The translations under genes and the position numbers were made by a program. This document shows positions 1 to 11,883 of a stretch of DNA of 64,000 nt, piece after piece. Positions within the stretch are counted from its first letter, which is position 1, and each line of letters opens with the position of its first letter. Source of the stretch: Chara braunii (Eukaryota > Plantae > Charophyceae); the NCBI GenBank assembly GCA_003427395.1, contig BFEA01000001.1, positions 12,823,012-12,887,011 on the forward strand, in the 5' to 3' direction. The notes below the pieces were generated by a model, which was not told the origin of the DNA, searched no databases, and saw nothing but the letters and a program-made list of their open reading frames with translations.

Positions 1-355
1 TGAGTAAATTTAAGGTCTGGTGTGGGAAGAACAATCCTCGCCTCGATTGGGTACCGGGGCAAGGTCCCACTTGCACGGATTAAGAGATTCTGGCGTTGAT
101 CTTTGCTATCTAAGGTCAATATCGCTTAATTCGTGTAAGTGGGACCTTGCCCCGGAAATGATGTGGCGAGGTCTCACTCACACGCATTGAAAGAAGAGAA
201 GATAATGACCGTCGATCTTCTTTATCTAGGTACACTCTCTCTTACACCGCCCTACCGTCCTTCCCCAGAACATAAGCGGCCTCATTTTGACTGTACGGGA
301 CCGGAAACCTCGCTTGTGTACATTCATCGTCGGGGGAAGACAGAAGTGGTGTGCG

Positions 356-578
356 ACCTCGCTTCTGGTCGCACAACACCCCCTGCCGTAGATAACCGCA
401 GTTACGATTTGAATAGAACAGTCGATAAGATCTCAATTATGGAACAGCGAAAATACCCACGCCGATGTCAAGACACAGTTTGCAACATACCCCATTTCCC
501 TTCCCCCCTCCCTTCAAACAGGCTTCTTGCGGACGGGGAGAGAAAGAGCTGGCGAGACGGAGAGAGAGAGAGAGAGAG

Positions 579-670
<92 letters not shown>

Positions 671-891
671 AGAGAGAGAGTAAACAACCGGGGGACAGAT
701 GGGGGGAGAGAGAGAGAGAGAGAGAGTAGACGAGCTGGGGACGGATGGGAATTGGGAAGTAGACCTCGCCCCTGGTCGCAGAACGCCCCCTGCCGTAGAT
801 AACCCCAGTTACGATTTGAATAGAACAGCAGATAAGATCTCAATGGAACAGGAAAAATGGCCGCGCTGAGGTGAAGACACGGTTTGCAACA
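356..891. repeat. Imperfect direct duplication (~135 bp; 356-490 and 762-891) flanking a (GA)n microsatellite (~560-726)
   Basis: ccccctgccgtagataacc.cagttacgatttgaatagaacag..gataagatctcaa occurs twice, with a long GA run between the copies. Confidence 0.85.
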
Positions 892-1860
892 TGCATAACC
901 CCCTTGATGATCAAAGCACCCTACATCTTGGAGGGTTTGGGGGAAAGGGAGGGGAAGGACGTGCATCGGTTGTATCATGAAAAAAGTGAAGGACATATAT
1001 GCTGAGGTGAATTGACCAATGTTTCCTGTATTTGATTTCGCAGCAGTTGTTCGGCCGAACTGCAGCACTTCTATCTATCCTCTATCTTGTCTATATGTAT
1101 CTTATCCTATCTTTCTTATCTATCAGGTAGGTCACAATTTACCCTCCATCGAACAAAAATCGTCAATAACGGCAAAAAGAATACCCTTCCGCATGTCCAC
1201 CACTCCATCCGCTGCTCTTCGACCTCTAACACGCGTTCTCGAAATCGGCCAATACAGTAATACTAACTTGGAAAAGAGAACTCAAAAAAAAAAAAAAAAA
1301 CTTCGAAAAAAGAAAGAGCAGATATAACGCACACTAAGTAGAACTAGCAGCAACGTAGGATAACAAATACGATATATTTCGTTGCCAAAGCGAATTCTTG
1401 CTTAAAAACGTTATAATGGCTACGCAATTTTTCAAAACTCAGCTGCGAAGAGCAGGCAGTGTAGCTACTTGTGCGCTATGTGCACAACCCTCCTCCGTTG
1501 ACCAATATGTCAGGTTATACCTGCAACCCTCCTATCCATCCATCAAAAAATTCAACGGCTGTAATTGCATACAGCGCAACAAGTCAGCGAGGTGGTCGTC
1601 ACAGTGTGGCCCTTGCGCACAAATCGAAGACTGTACAGAAGACCCGTGGCAGACAAGAGGAGGGTTGTGGAGCCGGTGAGAAGATGGAGGGGAGGGGAGG
1701 GGAGGAAGAGAAAAAGAAAGTTAAAAGGGAGAGGAAGAGAGTTCATAGAGGGATCGCAAGAGAGTTCATTTCGGCAGATGTGAGGATGGAAAGGCGGGCC
1801 AGAGAAGTGAAGATAGAGGAGGACAGTGATAGAGAGAGAAAGGGATAGAGACACAGAAAT

Positions 1861-1891
<31 letters not shown>

Positions 1892-2719
1892 GGTCGTGTT
1901 CTGCGTCAAAATTGTTGAGCAAGGAGATTGAATAACAAAGGAAGAAGAGGAGGAAACACAGACGTGGCAGAGACATTTCTGGCGTGGATGGTTAAGAGTA
2001 ATGGGATTCGTAAGGGCCATCCCAGATGGGGATTTCCCGCAACAACAAAAAATACCCACATGTACGGGCGCAGCAAAAGGCCATTACATTATTCCATCCA
2101 AAAATTGCGGGGGGGGGAGGGGGGAGGACAAATTTGAGTTCATCATTCATCCCTCCTGTTGCCTTTAGCGATCTCTCTTTGACCGCTTTCTCCTCCCACG
2201 AATTCCCCATGTGTTTCGTCTTCCCTCTTTTGTAAACCAGGCAGGTGACTAATTCATTCACACAGCTATATGGTATACTAGCCAAGATAAAAGACCGCGG
2301 AGCGTTCTCTGTTGTTCGTGAATTGCTTTCTCACCTCGATAAAAGACCGCTGAGCGTCTCGTCTCCTTTTCAGACGAATTCGCAACTAGTTTCCTTCCCT
2401 CACAACAGGAAAAAAAACTCCCTATTTTGTAAACACGTTTTTTAAACCTGGCAGGTCGGCCATTCATTCCCGACTCAGTGTAGCAGCTGAAACACTGTCG
2501 TCGGTTGGATTGTTCGCGCAAGTAGTTCGCGCAAGTAGAACCTGATTTCCTTTTCGAACAAGTGTTCGCGCAAGTAGAGTGTCGTTCGCTGACGACAGGA
2601 ACCCCCCCTATTTTGTAAACCAGGCAGGTCAGCAACTCATTGACAAAGACGGTGTGGAGTAGGTCAAAGAGGGGGGGGGGTCGGGGAGTACGTTTAGTCG
2701 GTAGGATTTGGTTGCTCAC

Positions 2720-3121
2720 CTCCATACGAAGCGTCTCGTTCTCCGCCTGCAGCTGGTCTATCTTGCACTTGAGCGCGTCGTGGTCTCTTTCCAGCTGCTT
2801 CGTTTTCCACCTAGCTCTGCGATTCTGAAACCAGACAGCCACCTGCCTTGGCTGAAGACAAAGCTCTCGCGCTAGCTGCATCTTCCGCTCAGGGTCCAGT
2901 TTGTTTTCCATCTCGAAATTCCGCTCCAGAGAATGCACCTGATCCGCCGTCAAGCGTCTCTTCCTCTCCGCCGGCGCCTCCACCTCGTCCACACGTTCGC
3001 TCTGGTGGTCCCCCGCCAAAGCTCCTGCAGCAGTTGGCGCCGTCGGTGCTCCATTTGCCACGTGTCCTCCTCCCTGCTCGTAAAGATTGTAAATTGTGCG
3101 CTTTTGAGTGCCCGTTCCCAT
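2720..3121 (-). CDS. Class I homeodomain-leucine zipper (HD-ZIP I, ATHB-like) transcription factor, coding exon; downstream exon(s) not resolved
   Basis: [61 protein letters not shown] followed by a heptad leucine repeat. Probable ATG at 3121. Splice donor GAG|GTGAGC at 2720/2719, where similarity ends. Confidence 0.9.
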
Positions 3122-3157
3122 TGTATTAGCCAGCGATGACCTTATCCGATTCGATAA

Positions 3158-3269
3158 CTGCGGTAGAATGGAGAAAAAGGAAACAAACAAGCCGCTTGGT
3201 CGAGGATCAGACCAGAGGAATGACGTCAACGCAAAGCGCTTCCACTTCTTTCGCTTCGCCTGTGCTCAC
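3158..3269 (-). other. Probable short intron upstream of the HD-ZIP start codon (5' UTR intron)
   Basis: AAG|GTGAGC donor at 3269; polypyrimidine tract ttgtttgtttcctttttctccattctaccgcAG acceptor ending at 3158. Confidence 0.55.
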
Positions 3270-4890
3270 CTTTGAATTCTTTTGCCGCCTCCCCACTCCC
3301 CCCCCAACGCCTTTAGAGGGCTCTGCCTTGTCCTCTGACTACCGCCTTTTCCGCAACGTGCCGAAACCGCAGTCGCCCGCNCCCCCCCCCCCCCCCCCCC
3401 TCCCTCCAAGTCGACCGAGGCGGATGAAACGAAGAACAGATAACGAGAGCCAACGGTGGTGTCGTCTCCTCCTCCTCCCTCAGAAGTCCTCTTCCTTCGG
3501 TAGACGCCACGGCCTGCCCACTCTTCGTCCCTCCTCTCCCGTCGATCTCTCGCACAAATCAATCGAATCAATCAAATCAATCAATCAATCAATCGTGACA
3601 CCGAGGTGCCAATCAATCACCAACCCGTCAATCAGCCAGTCCTGATTCGACATGCGTCAGGTCTCATTCATTCAATGGCAGAGAGCGCAGACAAAGGAAG
3701 CAAGCAAAGTGTGATAGAGAGAGAGAAAGAGGGAGAGAAAGACGCCTATGGAGAGGATAAGCAGCACAGCAGAAGGAAAAGGAGAAGGTGAAATGGGAAC
3801 TCGTCCTCGGAATGGTAGAGGAGGATTCAGCGTCCTCGTAATGATTTGTGCAAGTATGCACGCGGAGTGAGGAGGTGAGCAGATAGCCGATAAGCCACAA
3901 CTAATAGGACGGGGTGAATTTGCTTGAGGCAATCCACGGAAATGGCCACGTCGTGCTTGACAGACACACAGACACAGAGAGAGAGAGAGAGAGAGAGAGT
4001 AAAAGGAGCCGGAGCGGCCAATAAATCAAGACAAATAAATAAATGGATGAATAAATAAATGACTAGATTACATAGCAATCACGGCGCAAAGTACTGTCTA
4101 TGTGACAAGAAGAAACTGGAAACCCTGGCCCAACAATCGCCACTGCCCAGACCAGGAAGTCATGGGAGAGAACCATCGGGTCACGGCGAAAGTCGCCGAT
4201 TTTCGTTCGGAAAATGGAACGTCGTTGAGATCTAGAGATCGGGAGAAGGAGAATTTACAAGAAATATCATAAAACAGACAGACGAACGGCCGTTGACTGT
4301 TCTCGGGCAGAGTCTATTATACCCCTCCACTTGCAGACTGACCATCAAAAACGGCCCCCCTTGTCCCTCGGAAACAAGACAATAAAACTTGTGTACCTAC
4401 GGCTTCCCTCCCGCGCTCCTCCCTTTCACCCTCTGCTTCTTCTCAAAGCCCTACTTTGTCACCTTTCAGAAACACCTCCCTCCTGTTCCCTTCACCCTAC
4501 TACACATTTTGGCATCCTCTCTTGCGCTCTATCTATCCCGCCCCCAACTTCCTGCTCTTCTGGACCATGCCCCGCGTCCGGACCCCCCCGCGCCGACTGC
4601 CACGCAAACGGTGGTAGAGACCCCTGCAAGAGAAAAGACGTAAACGAGATGCCCCCCTGTCGCTCACTCGCCCTCCGCCTAGCAGCGCCGATATCGCAAA
4701 TCACTCAATGAGGGAAGCAGGCTGACGACTTCTCCAGAATGGCCTAACCTTTTCTCTGGAGCGCACTCTCTGCTAAAAATAAGTCGACGAATCAGATACT
4801 AAATGCCCAGCCGACACTATACCGGAGCTGCGGTGTGGAGCCATGGACCATGGACTTCGTCCGATTAGTGTATAGCTGTACGTCTATGGC

Positions 4891-5004
4891 AGTGTGTGTG
4901 TGTGTGTGTGTGTGTGAGCGTTTGTGTATGAGTGTGTGCGCGTTTGTTCGTGGGTTGGGTTTTTTGTGTGTGCGTGTGTGTGTATGTGTGTGTGTGTGTG
5001 TGTG
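4891..5004. repeat. (GT)n-rich microsatellite
   Basis: visible imperfect GT runs. Confidence 0.85.
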
Positions 5005-8000
5005 ATGGATGTGTGATAATAGGTGTGCGGCGCGCCGCGAGAGAGCGTATGAATTTTCCTTCCAACTCGAGAGTCTCGCTAACTTCGAAAAAAAAAAAAA
5101 AAAGAGAGAGTCTCGCTAACCAGCAATTGCCGTTAGAAGACGGAGCAGATGAGCAGATGATCGATCAGGCAGCTCCCCAAGGATGCGAGTCGCGACCCAA
5201 TGAGAGGAAAGCCATCGTCTTCTTCGTCTGTCTATGTCTTCCTGGCAGAAAAATTTCCAGCCGCAACTGCCAGGGTGAATTTCTATCTACGAGGTAGGTA
5301 GGAAAGAAAAAAAAAAAGCTTTCCTGTTTGCGTGGATGAAGGGAAATCGCTTCCGCTACGGCAAAGCAACGGGATGCCTTCACGAAAGTAACTGAAAAAA
5401 GTGGGGTAACATGAATGAATAGCCTCGCCAACCACGTATGCTCTCGCTCAATCGCCGCGATCCTTTTCCCCCTTCCTCGATAAATAGAAATGGAATACAC
5501 TGATCGTGAACAAAAGCACCGAGGAGGAGCTTCACGTCCATCCCCTTTTTACTTACCGCCGTCTGCAAAATCGCGTCCGATATACGAAATCAATCAGCTA
5601 TACAACTGCGTGGATGACCAACCAACCCCAACCCCCCCCCTCCCCATCTTTGTCTGTCTGTGTATGCTTCTGTGTGTGCTTTTGTGTCTGTATCGGAAAG
5701 TTTTGTGTCGGTACGTGTGCGGGAGATTTGTGTGTTTGTGTTATAATAGTGTCCGTGTTTGTGTGGGTGCGGTTGCGTTAGGATGGTAGTAATTCCCAGA
5801 GGGAAAGGAATTTGGGTGTGAGATGATCATCCAAAAAAAGTGGTGGGGAGAAGACGCAGTTCCACTGTATCGAGGGATGGGATAGAAGAAGCGCGCAGAG
5901 AGAAGAAAGGGGACACGAAGAGAAGGCGCCCGGTAGGCTTGGTGGCCGAATATATGTAGATATATGGCGAGGGAGATAGAACGGGGTTCTGAGATATGGA
6001 CAGTCAAGAGAGCGAAGTATCGACCGATCTGATGAGCGTCTGTCTGGGCTTATCTGAGCATCCGCGCTCATCTGCGAAGCTCTCCGTGCGCGGTGCCGTC
6101 GCCCCCTCGCTGGCCGAGGGCGTGGTTGCTTTGTCGGCCGATCGTCTCAGTCAATGGCACGCTATGGCCGAAGAGCTGCTCAACAAGACGGAAATGAGAC
6201 GACAACAGCAACCTCACTGAGCGAAGAGAGAAGGAACTGCTTCTGCGGCCTCAGGTCACACGTAATCGCTGATAAAGAGATATGTCTGCCAAGAGTAGTA
6301 GGCGCGGACAAGCCGCGGAACTCGAGTCTGTCAGTTGAGGAGCTAAGAAGAAGGAAGGAGACCAAGGAGACCAAGGCGACCAAGGAGGGCATGGAGCCCG
6401 CTGCCTCAGATGAACGAACACAGAGAGAGACGAACAATGGATGGACGCATCCGTCACGGACGGCGTGGAAGGTAGACGATGCGCGTGAACGAGTTTGTTT
6501 CGCCAAAGAGAGAAAAGGTACGTATACTATCACGGGAGGAGCGCAGATGCGCATGCGCGAGCGCGAGCGCGGCACTACAAAACAAACAGGTGAGAGGGGG
6601 GCGGGGAAGGGAGAGGGGGAGATGGGGAGAGGGGGAGAGGGGAGAGAGACAGGGAGGCACAGCAGGAGCAGGAGCAGAAGGGAGGTGTTCTCCAGAGGAC
6701 GAGAAGGCGTTTGTACAGGCACTTGTCTTTCCATGCAGCGAAGAGACAGCCTTCATCCCGTCTGGGCTTCTTTCGCCTGTTCTTCCAAGATATCCTGGCG
6801 CCCCACGTATCCGTCCCCCGACCCGCCGGCCATCCCAGGGGTCCCGGCGCCCTGCCAATTCATCCTCCTGCTCTTGCCCCCGTTCCGCGGTCTTCGCTCT
6901 GCCTGTGGCCCTGTGAGAGAGCTTCCTGGCCGTCAAAGCCAAGGCCGACACAGCCGGCGCCGTGCGCGCAATTGCGACCGGGGAGGCGCAGCGCGGAGAC
7001 GGTACACAGAGGACTGCGGGGTGCAGCGCAGGTTGGACAGCATCAACCGAGCAAGCACAGAGCACCCACCCCGCTGGCTGCCTACCTCCCCGCCACTGCT
7101 GTCTACAGTGCCCTCGCGTGACCGGCCGGACGGGCGCGAGGGGTACGTAGCACGGCGGGAGGTGACGGAGTAGCTCCCTCCACCTTCTCAGCCAGCGCGC
7201 GACGCGTTCAAAATAGGAATGTTTGAACAGCGGCGGAGGCCGAGAGCGCCACACTGGCACACTGGCGCCTGTCGGCCGGTCCGAGCGGCAGCAGTCGCAG
7301 TAGCAGTAGCAGTAGCAACAGCAGTAGCAGCAGCAGCTGCAGGAGAGGAGCCACTGCACCCGGCGGGCAGGGCAGATAGGGGGGGGCGCGGAAGCGGAAG
7401 AGGAGCCAGCTGTGGTGAAAAGTGAGGGAAGGGAGGGAGGGGAGGAAGGGCGCGTGAACGTGAACTTTGGGCGTGGTGCGTGTGCGAGAGAACCAGCGGA
7501 GCTGCGACAAAGATCGGCAGCGGATTCGAGCGGGCGACGTCAACCGTCGCAGATAGGACAAATCCGTGGCGCATGCAATCGATAGAATTTTTTCGGAAAA
7601 ACAAAAGTGCGGACGCGGCTTCCATCGTTTTCCGCCCCGCGCCCTCGCATCTGCTACGCCTACCTAGGAGGGGGTGGCGCGTGCCGTGCCGTATGTGCAA
7701 AGCGTGCATCTAGCCAGCGGATCGTCGCCCGATAGGGTGGGGGTTGAGGGGCGGAGGGCTGCAGGACGCGGGCCACGGGCTCGTGACTGTGCAGAGCGAG
7801 AGTCCGCAATCGGACGGCAGGGGCTGGCTCGTTCGGCACAGCGCTGAAAAGAAAGTGGCGGCAAGAGACTTTTTGGGGTGCGCACCGGCCGCCTCCAGCC
7901 ATGGGAACCCGCCAAACTCGAATCGATTGGCCAATTTCAACGTGCTGATTCTGGCGCTCGTGACGTGTTCCCCGTCCTATGCAATGTGGTAGAGCCAGGA

Positions 8001-8229
8001 CAGAGAGCCCGTGATTACCTCTCCGTTACCGCTCTCGATTACCTCGAAGGCCCCTCTGTTTGCTTGCTTCAAGCGGCCGCGGAATAGGGGTCTGGTATCC
8101 CGGTTACTATCTATCTGCTGGAAGTGCTGTCTGGACTGACGGCCGCGCTACACCAGATGTGCAAAATGCGAATGAATCTTCCCCTAGAATATGGAAAGAT
8201 ACACAGCTCTAGTTTGCTCTAGTTTGTGT

Positions 8230-8480
8230 CTTTTGTGCACGTGGTGAGTAGTGGAGCGCGGCCCTGATTCCAAACATCAAGGAAATGCAGCTTCCAATTT
8301 TTATTTTTTTTTCCAATTTGTTACCGTCGAAGTAGGGGCTCGCCACACAGCGGGCCTCGCCACACCTATCCCGAAAACACCGATTTGGAGAGAAAATGCA
8401 TAGCCACACCAACTCTCCAAAATCGGTGTCAGAAACATTTTCGACAGTGGCCAGAACTCGGTTTTCAGGAGTGCTCGCGA
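8230..8480. repeat. Fragment of an unclassified interspersed repeat, also present at 22481-22598 and ~43221-43980
   Basis: shared motifs ggcctcgccacacctatcccgaaaac, gccacacc.actctccaaa and ggtgagtagtggagc. Confidence 0.6.
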
Positions 8481-8899
8481 ACTGTGGCGTTCCCCCGCAT
8501 GCAAAGTTGCCACTTTCGAGAGTGGTCCGCGACGGGACTGTCCAGGCTCTGGGAGCGTGCGGCCGGCGCGGAGCGTTCCGCCGTAGCGCTACGGGCTCGG
8601 GAGAGCCGGTCTCGTCGGTCACCACCCGAGCATGAAGCCCGGTAAGGTGACAGTCTCTCAGCATCCTGCGCGGCCACCATAGCCATAGCCGTGCCAACTC
8701 GTTCCACTGTTGGAGTCGGGGGGATATGCGAGAACGTCAGCGAGCCAGCATACAGTTTATCAACCTTAATGCTTTCAGTGAGTATCAGGACATGGCCTTC
8801 GTGCCCTGTCCACCATAAGTACCAGGGTGCATCAACCCTCAGACAACATTAGTGCAGGATTCTACCGGCATCGAAGCCCGCCCGGCCAACATTGACCTC

Positions 8900-9417
8900 C
8901 AGCCATCTGGAGCAGCCCGGCCCACGATCGCGGTCAGGTACACATCGCCACCCCATCTCTTCATCAACTCCCCTCCTCGGCACAACGTCACCCGATACGT
9001 TCAATCCGCCACCTCATCTCAACACCATCCCCTCCATACTATTTACCTTTTCGATCTTGTAAGCCTACCTCTCCCACGATCTCCAAATGTAACCATCTCT
9101 ACACCCATGCAGGAGCCGCTGCAACTCATCACTTCACTTGCCACAGCAGCATAGCATCCTACCACCCCTTCTACTCACAGCCTAGTATTACCCCCCCCCC
9201 CCCTTCCTTCCTTCATGATCGCAACCCCGTCACAATCACAATACCCCAAACCGGTTTTAACCCGCCACCGCACCACAGTACCCCCCCATTCTCACCACTC
9301 GCCTCCTCACACTCTCTCTCTCCCCCCTTTCTCCTACATGATCGCACACCTCCGTAATCAGGAATACCCATCCATCTGTAGCAGCCCGGCCCACGATCGC
9401 GGTCAGGTACACATCGC
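8900..9417 (+). mobile_element. LINE 5'-UTR-derived fragment (~470 bp tandem unit); continues at 22262-22479 after insertion of element A
   Basis: near-identical to the reverse complement of ~42780-43215, upstream of LINE ORF1; sequence resumes after element A. Confidence 0.8.
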
Positions 9418-11729
9418 TGTGACGAACCACTTTCTGTAACACGCGATTTTCTGCGCGGTTGCAATGAGGGGTCCTAAGCTGGAAAGATTGGGCCAATTAC
9501 GGGAGATCGGGATCGGTGTAAAATTGCATCAGTGTCCTCGCTTTTTCGTCCTTTTTCATCGTTTCTTTTTCGAATGGCCAAGCACGGGGGCGGGTGTGTC
9601 TTGGGACGGCCGGTGGAGTGATTGGTCGGATGGATGTCTGGCGCGCCACCACGCGCGCAATTAATAAAGGTTGACGTCGTTTCATTCGGTTCGATTTCGA
9701 TCTTTTGGGCGCGGACATCGCGCGGGAAATTGCTTCGTTCTTTTTGAAATTCCTTTTTAATCTTTTCGAATTTTGTCGAGCCCCCGATGGCTCTCGGAAT
9801 TTCGGATTTTCCTTCTGGAACTTATACTTTTTGCTTTTTCGCATTAGATAGGAATTTAGTAATCCAGTAATTAGGACTTTTTCTGCCGCGCGGCGCCTTT
9901 TGTCTATGCGCTTCTTCATGCGGTTGCAACGGTACTCTAATTAGTGGGCGCCCTTAATCGTGTGTGTAACTATAATTTTGGGCGGGCGTCATTGTAACTG
10001 TATCTTTCTTCTTGCACTTCGTCTCTCCCGCCCTCCCTCTCTTTCTTTTGCTGAAATTTTGTAAGCCGCAGTTTGCATGCTCAGATCGATGCGTGGAGAA
10101 GGGTTACGTCCCCCACGCCGCGGTCGATCATGCAGAACGCAGGCGTTCCCTCTCTAATCCTCACTCTAAAATTTCGGCTGCGCGATTAGTCAGCTCTCTT
10201 AACCCATTGTTGGAAGCTCGGGGTTGCGCGATCAAGAAGGGCGGCACACGAGCGAAGTAAGAAGTGAGTAGAGCAGGAGTTGGGCGACCCGACAGGCTGG
10301 TGCCGAACGCACGAGATTGACGTGGGCCACGGCGGACTGTAGGCACGGGCGAATCCGACGGGTGCGGGAGGACTAAGCGGGGTGACAACTTCGTGGGTTG
10401 GTGCGTGACGACGGATTGTCCGCATCGCAGAGAAAGAGAGAGAGGAGAGAGTTGAGGTCGATGGACGCGAATTTGCTGTTTTATTGTCTCTTCCCCCTCT
10501 TCATCTGTGTACATACATTTTGATTGCGGGTCCGGGCGATTTGCGCGTTCTTATTTTCGTTTCGGCTTTCTGAAATCTAGCCTTGGCTTTTTGCTCACAT
10601 TTGTCCTTGCGATGTCTGTCCTGCTTGCATTATGTGTATGATTGCCGAATGTATGGATGTATGGATGNTGCCGAATGTATGGATGTATGGATGTTATGAC
10701 TGCTTGTCTATCTTTTTGCTGAGAATCCCTGTCCTTGCGTTATGTCTGTGTCGAATCTTCGCCTGCACCTGATTTCACTGTAGATGGGATAAGAATCTCG
10801 CACCGATAGTGATTTTGTTCTCGTTTTTGCTTATCCCGCGATGGGGGTTGCGATATGATTGCATCTTGCATAATCGACGATCCGAAGTCTGGTCCCGCGA
10901 ACGCCGCGCGAGAACACGTGTAAACGCGATCCGAGTCGCGCCCTTACACGCATTCCCGCGCGTCGATTCACTCACCCAAAAAGGAATCACGGCGGAACCA
11001 TCATCCCGTACGAGCACGCTGCGGCGCCACTGAGTCTGCCTGTCCTTCACGTGCTCGTGCGCGGTGACGATATCCCGACCGGCGCTATCCCATGGACGAT
11101 GATACCATGACGCGATCTTGAAGCTCGGACTCGTCCTATGACCCTGACTATTTCACCCCTATAATAAACGAGCTCATAAGGACACGATACCCCTGTCACA
11201 CGGAGAATCGGCTATGTCCGCGGGAATTTCACTGTGCCACCTCTAGCGACCCTCGATGCTCCAATTTCCCTTCTCCCGACCACACCTACTACTTCACCCA
11301 CCCGGGATTTGTTGAGATCACCACCAGTTTCCCTCCTTTCCGCCTTCTTCTCCCGTATCATCAACTCAGTGTCGTTCCGTGGCCGGCCATAGTCCCCTAT
11401 TGGCCCAATACGTTTTGCGTGAACTGTCGACGCAGCGGTGCACAGAGAACCACGGAATTCCGAAGGCCCAACCCAGGTACGCGGCGGCCCCCGACGGCCT
11501 AACTTTTCAGGACCATCTCCACCACGGAGGAATTTTTCCGTAACCCGTCGCCCACAGTGTCCTGGCCCCTTCGGACTGTGAGACCCTTGCGCGCGCCCCC
11601 CCTCGTTCGCCTAATTGCATTCATACCCTTAAGACTCCCCCACTTCCCCCAAAAATCCTTGGCACACCCCTTTTCACACTTCCAGGCCCACACTCCACTC
11701 TGATCAGGAAGTCGCGCTGGGCGTGAGGT
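9418..11729 (+). repeat. Element A 5' LTR (lacks the terminal tgggcgtcaca)
   Basis: aligns with 19925-22250; ends gcgtgaggt immediately before the PBS. Confidence 0.9.
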
Positions 11730-11742
11730 TGGTATCGGAGCC
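11730..11742 (+). promoter_or_regulatory. Primer binding site, initiator tRNA-Met type
   Basis: TGGTATCGGAGCC versus canonical TGGTATCAGAGCC; 141 nt upstream of the gag ATG. Confidence 0.85.
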
Positions 11743-11883
11743 CGACACGTGGCCAGGGTCTTAGGATTGATAGCACGTTAATTAGGTTACCTGGCTAACC
11801 GTGGGCGACCTCGCCCCCGGACCACGCATAGACGCAACCCTATTGTCACCCGAAGCAGATCGACTAATCGACGAGCAGCCAAT

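Noticed and set aside
139-1068. ORFs with ER/RE/SL repeats
   Set aside because: They are translations of the (GA)n microsatellite.
2258-2719. C-terminal 150 aa of the 323-aa HD-ZIP ORF
   Set aside because: Follows a strong GTGAGC donor and contains repeated DNA motifs; most likely intron read-through.
5996-7700. Several long overlapping ORFs (up to 339 aa)
   Set aside because: GC-rich, low-complexity, open on both strands, with no recognisable domain. May be UTR or promoter sequence; coding cannot be supported.
9412-9418. Alternative 6-bp TSD (atcgct) with GTGACG...CGTCAC ends
   Set aside because: Formally possible for A, but the B junction compared with the uninterrupted repeat and the internal palindrome support TG...CA ends and a 4-bp TSD.
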